NCBI GenBank assembly: GCA_023383795.1
Contig: JAHDYJ010000001.1
Location: 31,266-95,265 of the forward strand
DNA length: 64,000 nt
Reading direction: 5' to 3'
Origin: Burkholderiales bacterium
GTDB taxonomy: Bacteria > Pseudomonadota > Gammaproteobacteria > Burkholderiales > SG8-39
In this document: positions 7,230 through 16,628 of the stretch, piece by piece
Numbering within the stretch: position 1 is the stretch's first letter
Layout: each line of letters opens with the position of its first letter
Translations under genes and position numbers: made by a program
The notes under the pieces: model-generated
What the model was told of the DNA's origin: nothing
Seen by the model: only the letters and a program-made list of their open reading frames with translations
Database searches by the model: none

Positions 7230-10094
7230 TCATTGGGCGGCGAGCTTCTGCCACAGCGCCGCCGCGACTTCGCGGCTCGCGAACGCCGTGCCTTCCTTCA
7301 TGACCGGCTCGAGCTCCCGCCTCGCGTCCTGGTGCCGGCCGGCGCGCGCGAGCGCGGCCGCGAGGTGGTAGCGGATCTCCGGGTTCTGCGGATCGCGCAG
7401 CCGCGCGTCGCGCAGGTGACGGATGCCGCGGTCGACCTGTCCCTGCTCGACGAGCACCCAGCCGAGCGTGTCCTGCACCGCCGCGTCGTTCGGCGCGAGC
7501 GCGTGCGCGCGCTCGGCGTACTCGAGCGCCTTCGGATCCTTGCGCGCGAGCAGGATGTTCGCGAGATTGTTGAGCAGCACCGCGTCCTCGCCCTGCTCCT
7601 TCAGGAGCTGCTCGTACTGCGTCCGCGCGGCGGCGAGGTCGCCCGCGCGGAGCTTGCCCTCGGCGAGCGCGCGCCGCGCGACGCGGTCCCGCGGATGCTC
7701 GGCGAGCCACGATTCCAGGAACGCGATTCCGCCGGCCACGTTGCCCGACTCGACGTAGGCGACGAAGAGCCGCATCGCGACGTCGGTGCCCGGCTGCCTG
7801 TCGAGCGCGGCACGGTACTGCTCGAGCGCCTGCGGATAGCGCTTGCGCAGCATCGCCGCGTCGGCGAGCAGGAGGTATCCCACTGCCTGGTTCGGGGCGC
7901 GCTTGACGATCGCCCGCGCTCGCTGCTCGGCCTTCTCGGGCTCGCCGCGCCGCAAGTCGATCTCGGCGAGGATCACCTGCGCCGGCACGTAGTCGGGCTG
8001 GCCCGAGAGCGCCTTCTCGGCGCTGAACGCCGCGCCGGAGAGATTGTTCGCCGCGATCTGGTAGCGGGCGATCTGCGTCTGCCGCGCGGGCTCGAACGCC
8101 GCGAGCCGCGCCATCCGCGCAAAGACGCTCTGCGCCTCCTTCGCGTTCCCGACCGCGACGTAGGCCCGTCCGAGCGCGCCGAGCGCGTCCAGATTCTCCG
8201 GACGCGCGGCGTTGATGTCCTTCGCGACCTCGAGCGCCTTGTCCGGCGACTGCGCGGCCGCGTAGAGATCGACGAGGCGCGCTGCGGCCGCCACGTTGCC
8301 GCGCTCGACGGCGCGCGCCTTCTCGAGCCAGCGGATCGCCTCGGCCTGGCGGCCGGCAGCCAGCTCGGCGAGCGCAAGCTCGTACATCGCCGTGGTGCTC
8401 TTGGCGTCGCGCTTGAGGAGCGCCTCGAGCCGGCTGCGCGCCGCCGTATAGTCGCCGGCGGCGACGTCGAGCCGCGCGAGGTTGAGCTGCGCCGGCGCGA
8501 ACGTCGCGTCGGCCGCCACCGCCTGCGTGTAGGCCGCGCGCGCGGCTTTGGTGTCGCCGGCAGCGACGTGCGCGACACCGAGCAGGTTGAGCGCCTGCGG
8601 GTTGCCGGGCTCGCGCTTGACGACCGCCTGCGCGACCTCGACCGCCTGCCGGGTCTCGCCGCGCCGGATGTTCATCGCGACGAGGGCGACGCCGCTGCGT
8701 CCCTGGCCGGGATCCTTCCTGAACGCCTCCTGGAGGTGCTGCATGGCGAGGTCGTTCTCGCCGCGGCCGAGCAGGTTGACGCCGAACGCCGTGTGCACGT
8801 CGGCCGCTCCGCCGGTCGCCTGCAGCGCGTCCTCGAGGTACCGCGACGCGACGTTCAGCTGGCCGCGCGCCATGTGCGCGGCGCCGAGCAGCGCGAGCAC
8901 CTGCGGGTCGCCCGGCGCCCGCCGGCGCGCGGCCTCGAGCTGCTCGATCGCGGCGCGCTCCTCGCGCTGGGCGAGCAGCACCGAGGCGAGAAGCCGCCGC
9001 GCGCCGACGTCGTTCGGACGCACGGCGACGTACTGTTCGAGGTAGCGGCGCGCCTTCTCCGCCTGGCCGAGCCCGTAGTGCCCGACCCCACCGAGCAGCA
9101 GCAGCTCGGGCGCCTGCCGCTGCAGCACCTCGTGCGGCGCGGGATCGACCGTGCGGGTGAGCTCCTCGAGCGCTTCGCGCGCGCGGCGCTGGTCGCCGCG
9201 CTTCGCGGAGTAGACCGCGCGCAGGTACATCGCGCGCGGGTCGCGCGGGCGCTGCTTCGCCAGGACCTCGATGTCCTGCCCGGCCTCGTCCATCCGTCCG
9301 AGGTCCATGAGCAGCGCCGCGCGCGCGAGCCGCGCTTCCGCATGAGCGGCGTCTACCCCGAGCGCCTTCCCGAAGGCTTCGAGCGCGTCGCGCGCATCGC
9401 CCATCGCGAGCGCGAGCCGTCCTTTGAAGAACAGCGCGCCGGGATCCCGCGAGGCGAGCGCCATCGCCTGCTCGCCGAGCTTCGCGGCCTCGTCGCGCCG
9501 ACCCGCCTGCGCCTCGAGCTCGGCGAGCGCCAGCACCGCGGGCACGTAGCGCGCGTCCGCGGCGCGCGCCTCCTCGTACGAGCGTCGCGCGAGCGCGGTC
9601 TCGTCGATCGCGCGATACGCATGGCCGCGCAGCACGAGGAGCTCCGCCCGCTGCCCGGGCGGCGCCGTGGCCGCAGGCACGCGCTCGAGCAGCTCCTGAT
9701 GCTTGCCGAGCGCGAGCAACGCCTGCGCCATCGGCAGGGCGATCTCCGTGCGGTCGACGCCGAGCTGCAGCGCCCGCCCGAACGACGCCTCCGCGCCCGC
9801 CGCGTCACCCTGAGCGAGGAGCGCCTTGCCGAGCAGCACGTGCGCCGCGAGCAGGTTGGGATCCTGCTGCAAGGCGTTCTTGAGCTGGACGATCGCGCCG
9901 CCGAGGTCCCGTTTCTCGTACCGGCTCAGCGCGTCGTCGTAGAAGCGGAACGCCTGCTCGGGACGCTGGGCGGAGGCGGGCGCCGCGAGGGCGAGCGCCG
10001 CCATGATGGCCAGCGCGATCCCGAATGTGCGCAAGAGTCGCCCTTCGACCGGGATCGCTGCGTGCGTAAGACCGACTGACACGGTATTGTCCAT
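7230..10094 (-). CDS. prsT: PEP-CTERM system TPR-repeat protein PrsT
   Basis: 954-aa ORF with an N-terminal hydrophobic signal (FGIALAIMAALALAAPASA). The remainder is tandem TPR-like repeats (recurring A..Y..AL...P....A motifs). Size and position next to the export/chain-length genes match the PrsT family. Confidence 0.9.
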   Translation of the reverse strand: MDNTVSVGLTHAAIPVEGRLLRTFGIALAIMAALALAAPASAQRPEQAFRFYDDALSRYEKRDLGGAIVQLKNALQQDPNLLAAHVLLGKALLAQGDAAGAEASFGRALQLGVDRTEIALPMAQALLALGKHQELLERVPAATAPPGQRAELLVLRGHAYRAIDETALARRSYEEARAADARYVPAVLALAELEAQAGRRDEAAKLGEQAMALASRDPGALFFKGRLALAMGDARDALEAFGKALGVDAAHAEARLARAALLMDLGRMDEAGQDIEVLAKQRPRDPRAMYLRAVYSAKRGDQRRAREALEELTRTVDPAPHEVLQRQAPELLLLGGVGHYGLGQAEKARRYLEQYVAVRPNDVGARRLLASVLLAQREERAAIEQLEAARRRAPGDPQVLALLGAAHMARGQLNVASRYLEDALQATGGAADVHTAFGVNLLGRGENDLAMQHLQEAFRKDPGQGRSGVALVAMNIRRGETRQAVEVAQAVVKREPGNPQALNLLGVAHVAAGDTKAARAAYTQAVAADATFAPAQLNLARLDVAAGDYTAARSRLEALLKRDAKSTTAMYELALAELAAGRQAEAIRWLEKARAVERGNVAAAARLVDLYAAAQSPDKALEVAKDINAARPENLDALGALGRAYVAVGNAKEAQSVFARMARLAAFEPARQTQIARYQIAANNLSGAAFSAEKALSGQPDYVPAQVILAEIDLRRGEPEKAEQRARAIVKRAPNQAVGYLLLADAAMLRKRYPQALEQYRAALDRQPGTDVAMRLFVAYVESGNVAGGIAFLESWLAEHPRDRVARRALAEGKLRAGDLAAARTQYEQLLKEQGEDAVLLNNLANILLARKDPKALEYAERAHALAPNDAAVQDTLGWVLVEQGQVDRGIRHLRDARLRDPQNPEIRYHLAAALARAGRHQDARRELEPVMKEGTAFASREVAAALWQKLAAQ

Positions 10095-10260
10095 GCCGCC
10101 GACTCTGCACCGGGGCAGCGGGCAGGCGAAGCCTTTCTCTGTAAAAGATTGTTAAATCTGCGCTTTTGCGGGCTTATTCCACCGTCCTAAGCCGCTTCGA
10201 CTGTGGCTCGCCCTGTCGGCCGAGGCTACAATGAATTTTTTCGGCCCTGCACGAAGGGTC

Positions 10261-10289
10261 TTGTTTATAAAGCCGTTCAAGTCTAGGAT
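10261..10289 (+). promoter_or_regulatory. Candidate sigma-70 promoter for the export/biosynthesis operon
   Basis: TTGTTT-17 nt-TAGGAT inside the unusually AT-rich 233-bp divergent region between prsT (start 10094) and the export gene (start 10328). Both hexamers are weak. Confidence 0.3.
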
Positions 10290-10327
10290 CTTACTCACTG
10301 ATTTCACTACGGAATAGGGAGCGCGGC

Positions 10328-10957
10328 ATGCGTACCCATGGGTTTGGCTTCCCAGGCAAGGTCGTTTCCGCAGCACTCGTCGCCGCTGCGCTCGTCGTCG
10401 GGGGCTGCGCGACCTCAGAGCATCCGCCCGCGCCCGCGAGCGCGGCGACGCCGGAGTACCGCTACCTCGTCGGCCCGCTCGACACCGTGAACATCATCGT
10501 CTGGCGCAACCCGGAGCTCTCGATGAGCGTGCCGGTGCGGCCCGACGGCCGCATCACCACGCCGCTGGTCGAAGACCTGCCCGCGCTCGGCAAGGATCCG
10601 ACCACGCTCGCGCGCGACATCGAGAAGGCCCTCGAGAAGTACATCCGCGATCCGGTCGTCACGGTGATCGTCACGAACTTCGTCGGCCCCTTCAACGAGC
10701 AGATCCGCGTGATCGGCGAGGCGACGCGGCCGCAGGTGCTGCCCTACCGCCAGAACATGACCGTGCTCGACGTCATGATCGCGGTCGGCGGGCTGACCGA
10801 TTTCGCCGACGGCAACAACGCGCGCATCCTCCGCACGTCGGAGGGCAACAAGATCTACAGCGTGAGGCTCAAGGACCTCGTCAAGCGCGGCGACGTTTCG
10901 GCGAACGTCGACGTGAAGCCGGGCGACGTTCTCGTCATACCGGAGAGCTGGTTCTAG
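10328..10957 (+). CDS. Polysaccharide export lipoprotein, Wza/EpsE-like (XrtA/PEP-CTERM system type)
   Basis: Lipoprotein signal ending LVVGGC. The body YRYLVGPLDTVNIIVWRNPELS...VRPDGRITTPLVEDLPALGKDP...ARILR...VKPGDVLVIPE is typical of the Poly_export/SLBB fold. SD AGGGAG at 10316-10321. Confidence 0.9.
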   Translation: MRTHGFGFPGKVVSAALVAAALVVGGCATSEHPPAPASAATPEYRYLVGPLDTVNIIVWRNPELSMSVPVRPDGRITTPLVEDLPALGKDPTTLARDIEKALEKYIRDPVVTVIVTNFVGPFNEQIRVIGEATRPQVLPYRQNMTVLDVMIAVGGLTDFADGNNARILRTSEGNKIYSVRLKDLVKRGDVSANVDVKPGDVLVIPESWF

Positions 10958-10970
10958 CAAGGATGAGGTA

Positions 10971-10990
10971 ATCCCCGCGCATGCGGGGAT
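10971..10990. repeat. REP-like perfect palindrome
   Basis: ATCCCCGCGC/ATGCGGGGAT, 14 bp after the export gene stop. It is nearly identical to 13922-13941 (ATCCCCGCGCAAGCGGGGAT). Confidence 0.7.
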
Positions 10991-11040
10991 CGAGGGAGCC
11001 CTAGAACCTATCTCAAGATGAGAATGCGGTCGCGAAAGAG

Positions 11041-11173
11041 GGGATCTACAAGGGCGGTTGGGAAGGGAAGGGTCCCAACCCTTCCCTCGGGCCCCTTGTT
11101 CGTTCGGGGATATACAAGGGGCGGGAAGGCATGAGGGGGCCCCTTCCCTTCCCCCTCGGCGCCCCTTGTTCGT
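11041..11173. repeat. Two tandem ~65-nt hairpin-forming repeat units
   Basis: Unit A is 11041-11103 and unit B is 11106-11173. Both start GGGAT(C/A)TACAAGGG and end GCCCCTTGTTCGT. Each has internal GGGAAGG.../...CCTTCCC arms and so predicts a long stem-loop. Confidence 0.75.
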
Positions 11174-11337
11174 ACGACCTCGGCTCGGGACGAAGCACGG
11201 CCGCGATTTCGAGATAGCTGCTAGATCGGGCACGGCCCGGATTCCCGCGAACCCTCGGGTCATCGGGGGCGGGGAGTGCGGGTTCCGAAAGACCGGGCTC
11301 TCCGGCGCGTTTGTGTTTGTTAAGGGAATGACGATCG

Positions 11338-12906
11338 ATGGATGAACTGGTTCGTCAACTGACCGAGATCCTGCGCGGCATCTGGCAGCGCCGCTGGCTC
11401 GGGCTCGCGATCGCGTGGATCGTCGCCGTCGTCGGCGCCGTGGCGCTCCTGCGCATGCCCGACCAGTTCGAGGCCTCCGCGCGGGTGTACGTCGACACGC
11501 AGTCGGTCCTGCGGCCGCTCATGTCCGGCCTTGCGATCCAGCCGAACGTGGACCAGCAGCTCAACATCCTGAGCCGCACGCTGATCAGCCGGCCGAACGT
11601 CGAGAAGCTGATCCGCATGACCGACATGGACCTCAAGCTCCGGTCGCAGCGCGAGCGCGAGCGGGCGATCGACGAGCTGATGCGCACGATCAGGATCTCC
11701 GGCATCGGCCGCGAGAACCTGTACACGCTGTCTTTCCGCGACGCGAATCCCGAGCACGCAAGGAAGATCGTGCAGTCGCTGCTCTCGATCTTCGTCGAGT
11801 CCACCCTCGGCGACAAGCGCCAGGACACCGCCCAGGCGCGCCGGTTCATCGAGGAGCAGATCCGCACCTACGAGCAGCGCCTCGCCGAGGCCGAGAACCG
11901 CCTGAAGGAGTTCAAGCTGAAATACATGGGGCTCATGGGTCCGGAGGGCCGCGACTACTTCGGGCGCATAACGGCCCTCGCCGAGCAGGTGAACGGCGCA
12001 CGCATGGAGCTCGGCGCCGCCGAGCAGGCGCGCGATGCGCTGAAGCGCGAGCTCGCCGGCGAGGATCCGGTGTTCCTGCCCGACGGCCAGGCGGGCGCCG
12101 CGGGATCGCAGGCCGGCATCATCCCCGAGCTCGACGCGCGCATCGACGCGATGAAGAAGGGCCTCGACGAGCTGCTGCGCCGGTACACCGAGCAGCATCC
12201 CGACGTGGTCGGCACCCGGCGGGTGATCGCCGATCTCGAGGCGCAGCGCGCCAAGGAGATCGAAGCGCGCAAGAAGGACGCGCCGGCGAAATCCGGGTTC
12301 GGCTCGATCGACCGCAACCCGGTCTACCAGCAGCTCAAGATCGCGCACGCGGAGGCCGAGGCGAGAGTCGCCGCGCTGCGCGCCAAGGTCGGCGCGTACG
12401 AGGCCGAGTACCGGCGCCTGCAGGCGTCGCAGCAGATGCTGCCGCAGGTCGAAGCCGAGTTCGCCCAGCTCAACCGCGACTACGACGTGCAGAAGCGCAA
12501 CTACGAGGCACTGGTCGCACGGCGCGAGTCGGCCTCGATGGCGAGCGATATGGAGGCGGCCGGCACCGCCGATTTCCGGATCATCGACCCCCCGCGCGTG
12601 TCACCGAAGCCGGTGGCGCCGAACCGCCTGCTGCTGCTGCCGCTCGCGCTCGTCGTCGCGCTCGGCGCCGGCATCGCCGCGAGCTTCGCCTGGAGCCAGA
12701 TCCGGCCGACGTTCCACGACGGACGCGCGCTGCGCGCGATCGCGGGGCGCCCGGTGCTGGGCTCGGTGTCGCTCGTTCCCGACAGGAAGCTGCTGGCGAG
12801 GCGCCAGCGGCTCAACTTCGCGTTCTTCGGCTCGCTCGCAGGGCTCTTCGCCTGCTACGGCGCGGGCATCGCGTTCCTGGTCCTCACGGGCCGCATTGTT
12901 GTGTGA
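11338..12906 (+). CDS. Polysaccharide chain-length determinant (PCP family, PEP-CTERM locus subfamily, EpsF-like)
   Basis: 522 aa. N-terminal TM WLGLAIAWIVAVVGAVALL, a long coiled-coil-rich periplasmic region, and C-terminal TMs LLLLPLALVVALGAGIAASFAW and FFGSLAGLFACYGAGIAFLVL. This is PCP topology. Confidence 0.9.
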   Translation: MDELVRQLTEILRGIWQRRWLGLAIAWIVAVVGAVALLRMPDQFEASARVYVDTQSVLRPLMSGLAIQPNVDQQLNILSRTLISRPNVEKLIRMTDMDLKLRSQRERERAIDELMRTIRISGIGRENLYTLSFRDANPEHARKIVQSLLSIFVESTLGDKRQDTAQARRFIEEQIRTYEQRLAEAENRLKEFKLKYMGLMGPEGRDYFGRITALAEQVNGARMELGAAEQARDALKRELAGEDPVFLPDGQAGAAGSQAGIIPELDARIDAMKKGLDELLRRYTEQHPDVVGTRRVIADLEAQRAKEIEARKKDAPAKSGFGSIDRNPVYQQLKIAHAEAEARVAALRAKVGAYEAEYRRLQASQQMLPQVEAEFAQLNRDYDVQKRNYEALVARRESASMASDMEAAGTADFRIIDPPRVSPKPVAPNRLLLLPLALVVALGAGIAASFAWSQIRPTFHDGRALRAIAGRPVLGSVSLVPDRKLLARRQRLNFAFFGSLAGLFACYGAGIAFLVLTGRIVV

Positions 12907-12915
12907 GGTGAACCA

Positions 12916-13839
12916 GTGAGCATCATCGAGCAGGCCGCCGAGCGGCTGGAGCAACTGCGCAAGGCGGGAATCGAGGTCCCGGTCATCACTCCCGGTTCCG
13001 CGCAGCCCGAGGGCGCGGCCGCCGCGGGCGCGCCGGGCGCCGCGGCGCCAGTGGACGCCCAGCAGGCCGCGCCGTCGGGCGGCGCGCCGAAGAAGCAGTC
13101 GCGCCGCGTCGCGCTGGACCTCGAGCGGCTGCAGGCCGCCGGGCTCGTCACGCCCGCGTCCTCGAACTCCAAGATCGCGGGCGAGATGCGCGTGATCAAG
13201 CGGCCGTTGCTCGCGAACGCACAGGGCAAGGGCGCGCCCAAGGTCGAGCGCGGCAACCTCATCATGGTGACGAGCTCGCTCGCGAGCGAGGGCAAGACCT
13301 TCGTCGCGGTCAACCTGGCGCTGAGCATCGCCATGGAGGTCGACAGCACCGTGCTCCTCGTGGACGGGGACGTGGTCGCCCCCGGGGTCATGCACACGCT
13401 CGGGTTGAGCGAATCGAAGGGGCTCATCGATCTCCTGACGACCCCCGGGCTCGAGGTCGGCGACGTCATGTTCAAGACCAACGTCGAGCGGCTCTCGATC
13501 CTGCCCGCAGGCACCGCGCACGACCGGGCTTCGGAGCTCCTCGCGGGCGACGGCATGGCGCGGCTGATCCGGGACCTGGCGGCGCGCTACCCCGAGCGCA
13601 TCATCCTGTTCGATTCGCCGCCGCTCCTCGCGACCACCGAATCGCGCTCGCTGGCCGCCCACATGGGCCAGATCGTGATGGTGGTCGAGGCCGACCGCAC
13701 GCCGCGCGGCACGGTCGAGGACGCGCTGTCGAAGATCGAGGCGTGCCCGGTCGTGATGACCGTGCTGAACAAAGCGGTCGAGTCCGAGCTCGGGTCGTAC
13801 TACAGCTACCGCAGCGGCGAAGGCAGAAAGCGCGCATGA
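12916..13839 (+). CDS. BY-kinase-like P-loop ATPase (exopolysaccharide/PEP-CTERM locus tyrosine autokinase, EpsG-like)
   Basis: GTG start with SD GAGGTG. Walker A SSLASEGKT, A' LLVDGD, Walker B IILFDSPP, and a Tyr-rich tail GSYYSYRSG. Confidence 0.9.
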   Translation: MSIIEQAAERLEQLRKAGIEVPVITPGSAQPEGAAAAGAPGAAAPVDAQQAAPSGGAPKKQSRRVALDLERLQAAGLVTPASSNSKIAGEMRVIKRPLLANAQGKGAPKVERGNLIMVTSSLASEGKTFVAVNLALSIAMEVDSTVLLVDGDVVAPGVMHTLGLSESKGLIDLLTTPGLEVGDVMFKTNVERLSILPAGTAHDRASELLAGDGMARLIRDLAARYPERIILFDSPPLLATTESRSLAAHMGQIVMVVEADRTPRGTVEDALSKIEACPVVMTVLNKAVESELGSYYSYRSGEGRKRA

Positions 13840-15521
13840 TCGTCCCGGAGCGTGGCATCCCGAGCCACGCCAGGGGCGGCCTGGCCGGCGATGGAGCGCC
13901 ATCCTCGCGCTTGCTTGCGTCATCCCCGCGCAAGCGGGGATCCGGCGGGCGTTGGGGTGCGGTCCGCCGCGGACTGGATTCCCGCTCGCGCGGGAGCGAC
14001 GGGCGATCCGACGCCGTTCCGCTGATCTTCGCCGCGGCGCTCGCGCTCGTCCCGGGCCTCGCCGCGGCCGACCAGTGGAGGCTCGAGCCCGGCGTGCGCG
14101 GGACGATCACCTACACCGACAACGTCGGACTCTCCGCGCCCGGAACGGAAAACAGCTCCGCAATCATCAGCGTCGCTCCCCGGATCGGCTTCACTGGAAG
14201 GGGCTCGCGCTACTCGGTGAACGGGTCCTACGAGCTGAGCGCCAACTACTACACGAGCGCCGGGCGGTCCGACAGCTACTACAGCAACATGAACCTGTTC
14301 GGCAACGTCGAGGCGATCGAACGGTTCTTCTACGTCGACGGCGGGATAAACATCCTGCAGAATTTCTTCTCCCCGCTCGGGCCGATCACGATCGACAACT
14401 CGCTCGACACCGGCAACCGCGTCACCACCTACGTCTACCGCCTCAATCCGTACCTGCAGGGCACGTTCGGCCGCGACACGAACTACCTGCTGCGCTGGAA
14501 CAACACCTGGACCGACTACAGCCGGAGCGGCCTGCGCGAGTCCTACATCTCCGAAATCATCGGCAGCGTCGGCCGACCGGCCGGCGTCGAGCGGAGGTTA
14601 GGCTGGGCCGTCGAGTACAACGGCACCTACTACAAGTACAACAACCAGGAGCCGTTCGACATCCAGGTCGGCCGCGCGATCCTCTCCTACCAGCTCACGC
14701 CCGAGCTCCAGGTCTCCGGACGCGGCGGCTACGAGAGCAACAACCTCTCGCTCAACCCCTACTCCGACTGGATCTACGGCGCGGGCCTCGACTGGCGTCC
14801 GACCGCGCGGACGAGCGTCAACGGCTACTGGGAGAACCGGTTCTTCGGCGACTCGTTCTCGGCGAACATCCAGCACCGGCATCGCCTCGTCGGATTGCGC
14901 CTGACCGGGTCGCGGGACGTCACCACCTCCACGCAGCAGCTCCAGCTCGGCACGGGTCTCGTGTTCGACGTCGTGGATGCCGCGTTCACGAGCCGCTTTC
15001 CCGACCCGGTTCAGCGCCAGCAGGCGGTGCTCCAGTTCCTGCAGCAGACCAGCCTCCCGCTGTTCCTCACGCAGCCGATCGCCTTCTACAGCAACCAGGT
15101 CCTGCTACGGGAGCGCGTCGAGGCCGCGGTCTCGCTCAACGGCGCGCGCAACAGCGTGGTGCTGACCGTCTACTGGACCGACCAGGAGCCGATCACCGGC
15201 GCCGGCACGGCGCTCGATCCCTTCCTGGCGACCACCCAGTCCTACGAGCAGCGGGGCGCCTCGCTGAACTACACGTACCGGCTGACCGGGAGCAGCGACG
15301 TGTCGCTCCTCGCGCTGCGCAACCACACGAAGTTCCGAACGACAGCAACCCCTGGAGAGACCGATTACACCATCTTGCGGGCCCTGTACACGAAGCGCCT
15401 CAGCCCGCGCACTTCCTGGTTCGCCGGCGTGCGCTACCAGTGGCAGGACCCGAGCAACGCCTCCTTCTCTGAGTACCGCGAGGCCGCCGTCTACGGCGGC
15501 ATCGACTACACCTACAGATAG
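13836..15521 (+). CDS. PEP-CTERM-system-associated outer-membrane beta-barrel protein; start uncertain
   Basis: After a signal-like AVPLIFAAALALVPGLAAA/DQW, the body shows alternating aromatic/polar beta-strand patterns (YELSANYYTS, YVYRLNPYLQGTF, VEYNGTYYKYNN, LNYTYRLTGS, ..GGIDYTYR). ATG 13836 overlaps the preceding stop (ATGA) but adds about 80 REP-derived residues. The alternative in-frame TTG is at 13911. Confidence 0.8.
   Translation: MIVPERGIPSHARGGLAGDGAPSSRLLASSPRKRGSGGRWGAVRRGLDSRSRGSDGRSDAVPLIFAAALALVPGLAAADQWRLEPGVRGTITYTDNVGLSAPGTENSSAIISVAPRIGFTGRGSRYSVNGSYELSANYYTSAGRSDSYYSNMNLFGNVEAIERFFYVDGGINILQNFFSPLGPITIDNSLDTGNRVTTYVYRLNPYLQGTFGRDTNYLLRWNNTWTDYSRSGLRESYISEIIGSVGRPAGVERRLGWAVEYNGTYYKYNNQEPFDIQVGRAILSYQLTPELQVSGRGGYESNNLSLNPYSDWIYGAGLDWRPTARTSVNGYWENRFFGDSFSANIQHRHRLVGLRLTGSRDVTTSTQQLQLGTGLVFDVVDAAFTSRFPDPVQRQQAVLQFLQQTSLPLFLTQPIAFYSNQVLLRERVEAAVSLNGARNSVVLTVYWTDQEPITGAGTALDPFLATTQSYEQRGASLNYTYRLTGSSDVSLLALRNHTKFRTTATPGETDYTILRALYTKRLSPRTSWFAGVRYQWQDPSNASFSEYREAAVYGGIDYTYR
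13922..14000. repeat. Two REP-like palindromes inside the 5' part of the next ORF
   Basis: 13922-13941 ATCCCCGCGCAAGCGGGGAT and 13976-14000 GGATTCCCGCTCGCGCGGGAGCGAC. They translate as the stereotyped SSPRKRGS and DSRSRGSDG. Confidence 0.7.
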
Positions 15522-15530
15522 GTCGCCGTC

Positions 15531-16628
15531 ATGTACGAAGCCTTCTACGGGCTGTCAGGGAAGCCCTTTCAGCTCAATCCCGATCCGTCGTTCTACTTCG
15601 CGAGCCGCGGGCACAAGCGCGCGTTCGCGTATCTCGAGTACGGGCTCGTGCAGGGCGAGGGCTTCATCGTCATCACCGGCGAGGTCGGGGCGGGCAAGAC
15701 CACGGTGCTGCGCAACCTCGTCGAGCACCTCGACCACAACCGCGTGCAGGCGGCCCAGCTCGTCAGCACGCAGCTCGACGCCGACAACCTGCTGCGCGCG
15801 GTGGCCACGGCCTTCGGCATCCGCGTCAAGCACGAGGACAAGGCGCGTATCCTGGCCGAGATCGAGGCCTACCTCACCGCGCTCGTGCTCGCGCACAAGC
15901 GTGCGCTCCTGATCGTCGACGAGGCGCAGAACCTCTCGGCGCAGGCGGTCGAGGAGCTGCGCATGCTGTCGAACTTCCAGCTCGGCAACCAGGCGCTGCT
16001 GCAGAGCTTCCTGATCGGCCAGCCGGGGCTGCGCGAGATCATGCAGAGCAGCCAGATGCAGCAGCTGCGCCAGCGCGTGCTCGCCTCCTACCACCTCGGC
16101 GCGCTCGATCGCGCCGAGACCCAGGCCTACGTCGAGCACCGCCTGCGCCGCGTGGGCTGGAACGGCAGCCGGCCGAAGTTCGAGTCGAGCGCGTTCGACC
16201 TGATCCACGAGTTCAGCGGCGGCATCCCGCGCAAGATCAACACGCTCTGCAACCGGCTCATGCTCGCCGGCTACCTCGTCGAGAAGCAGGCGTTCAACCG
16301 CCAGGACGTGGCGGTGGTGATCCGCGAGATCACCGAGGAGTCCGGCATGGAGGTGGTGAACGGCGGGAGCGCACCGAAGCCGAAGGCGGCGTCCGGTCCC
16401 GAGAGCGGCCCGCTCATGTCGCACCCGGTCTTCGATCTCCCGCAGCGGCAGGGCGCAGCGCCCACCATCCCGGAGATGGAGTCGCGCGTCGCGCGCCTCG
16501 AGCGCACGCTCTCGGCGACGCTCGATCTCCTCTACCGCGTGATGCACGGCGGGCAGAACCGGCCCAAGACCGGCCAGGAGCAAGACGCCGGGCAGCAGAA
16601 CCCGCCCGGCACGCAGGAGAAGAAGTGA
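15531..16628 (+). CDS. XrtA/PEP-CTERM system-associated AAA ATPase (ExeA/GspA-like)
   Basis: MYEAFYGLSGKPFQLNPDPSFYF N-terminus, Walker A GEVGAGKT and Walker B LLIVDEAQNL. These are typical of the ExeA-like secretion ATPase family found in these loci. Confidence 0.9.
   Translation: MYEAFYGLSGKPFQLNPDPSFYFASRGHKRAFAYLEYGLVQGEGFIVITGEVGAGKTTVLRNLVEHLDHNRVQAAQLVSTQLDADNLLRAVATAFGIRVKHEDKARILAEIEAYLTALVLAHKRALLIVDEAQNLSAQAVEELRMLSNFQLGNQALLQSFLIGQPGLREIMQSSQMQQLRQRVLASYHLGALDRAETQAYVEHRLRRVGWNGSRPKFESSAFDLIHEFSGGIPRKINTLCNRLMLAGYLVEKQAFNRQDVAVVIREITEESGMEVVNGGSAPKPKAASGPESGPLMSHPVFDLPQRQGAAPTIPEMESRVARLERTLSATLDLLYRVMHGGQNRPKTGQEQDAGQQNPPGTQEKK

Noticed and set aside
7200-10079. 959-aa plus-strand ORF mirroring prsT. 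Similar very long antisense ORFs occur at 1138-2442(-), 2688-3896(-), 17470-20079(-), 25915-27789(-), 31951-34680(-), 43509-45395(+) and 22805-25963(+).
   Set aside because: They are Arg/Ala/Gly/Pro/Val/Glu-dominated with no recognisable motifs, and each lies exactly opposite or out of frame to a gene with clear family signatures. This is the usual stop-codon-poor shadow-frame artefact of ~70% GC DNA.
11041-11173. Possible CRISPR array, also considered for 18715-18853.
   Set aside because: There are only two or three imperfect units of unequal length. There are no regular unique spacers, each unit is internally self-complementary, and no cas genes are present.
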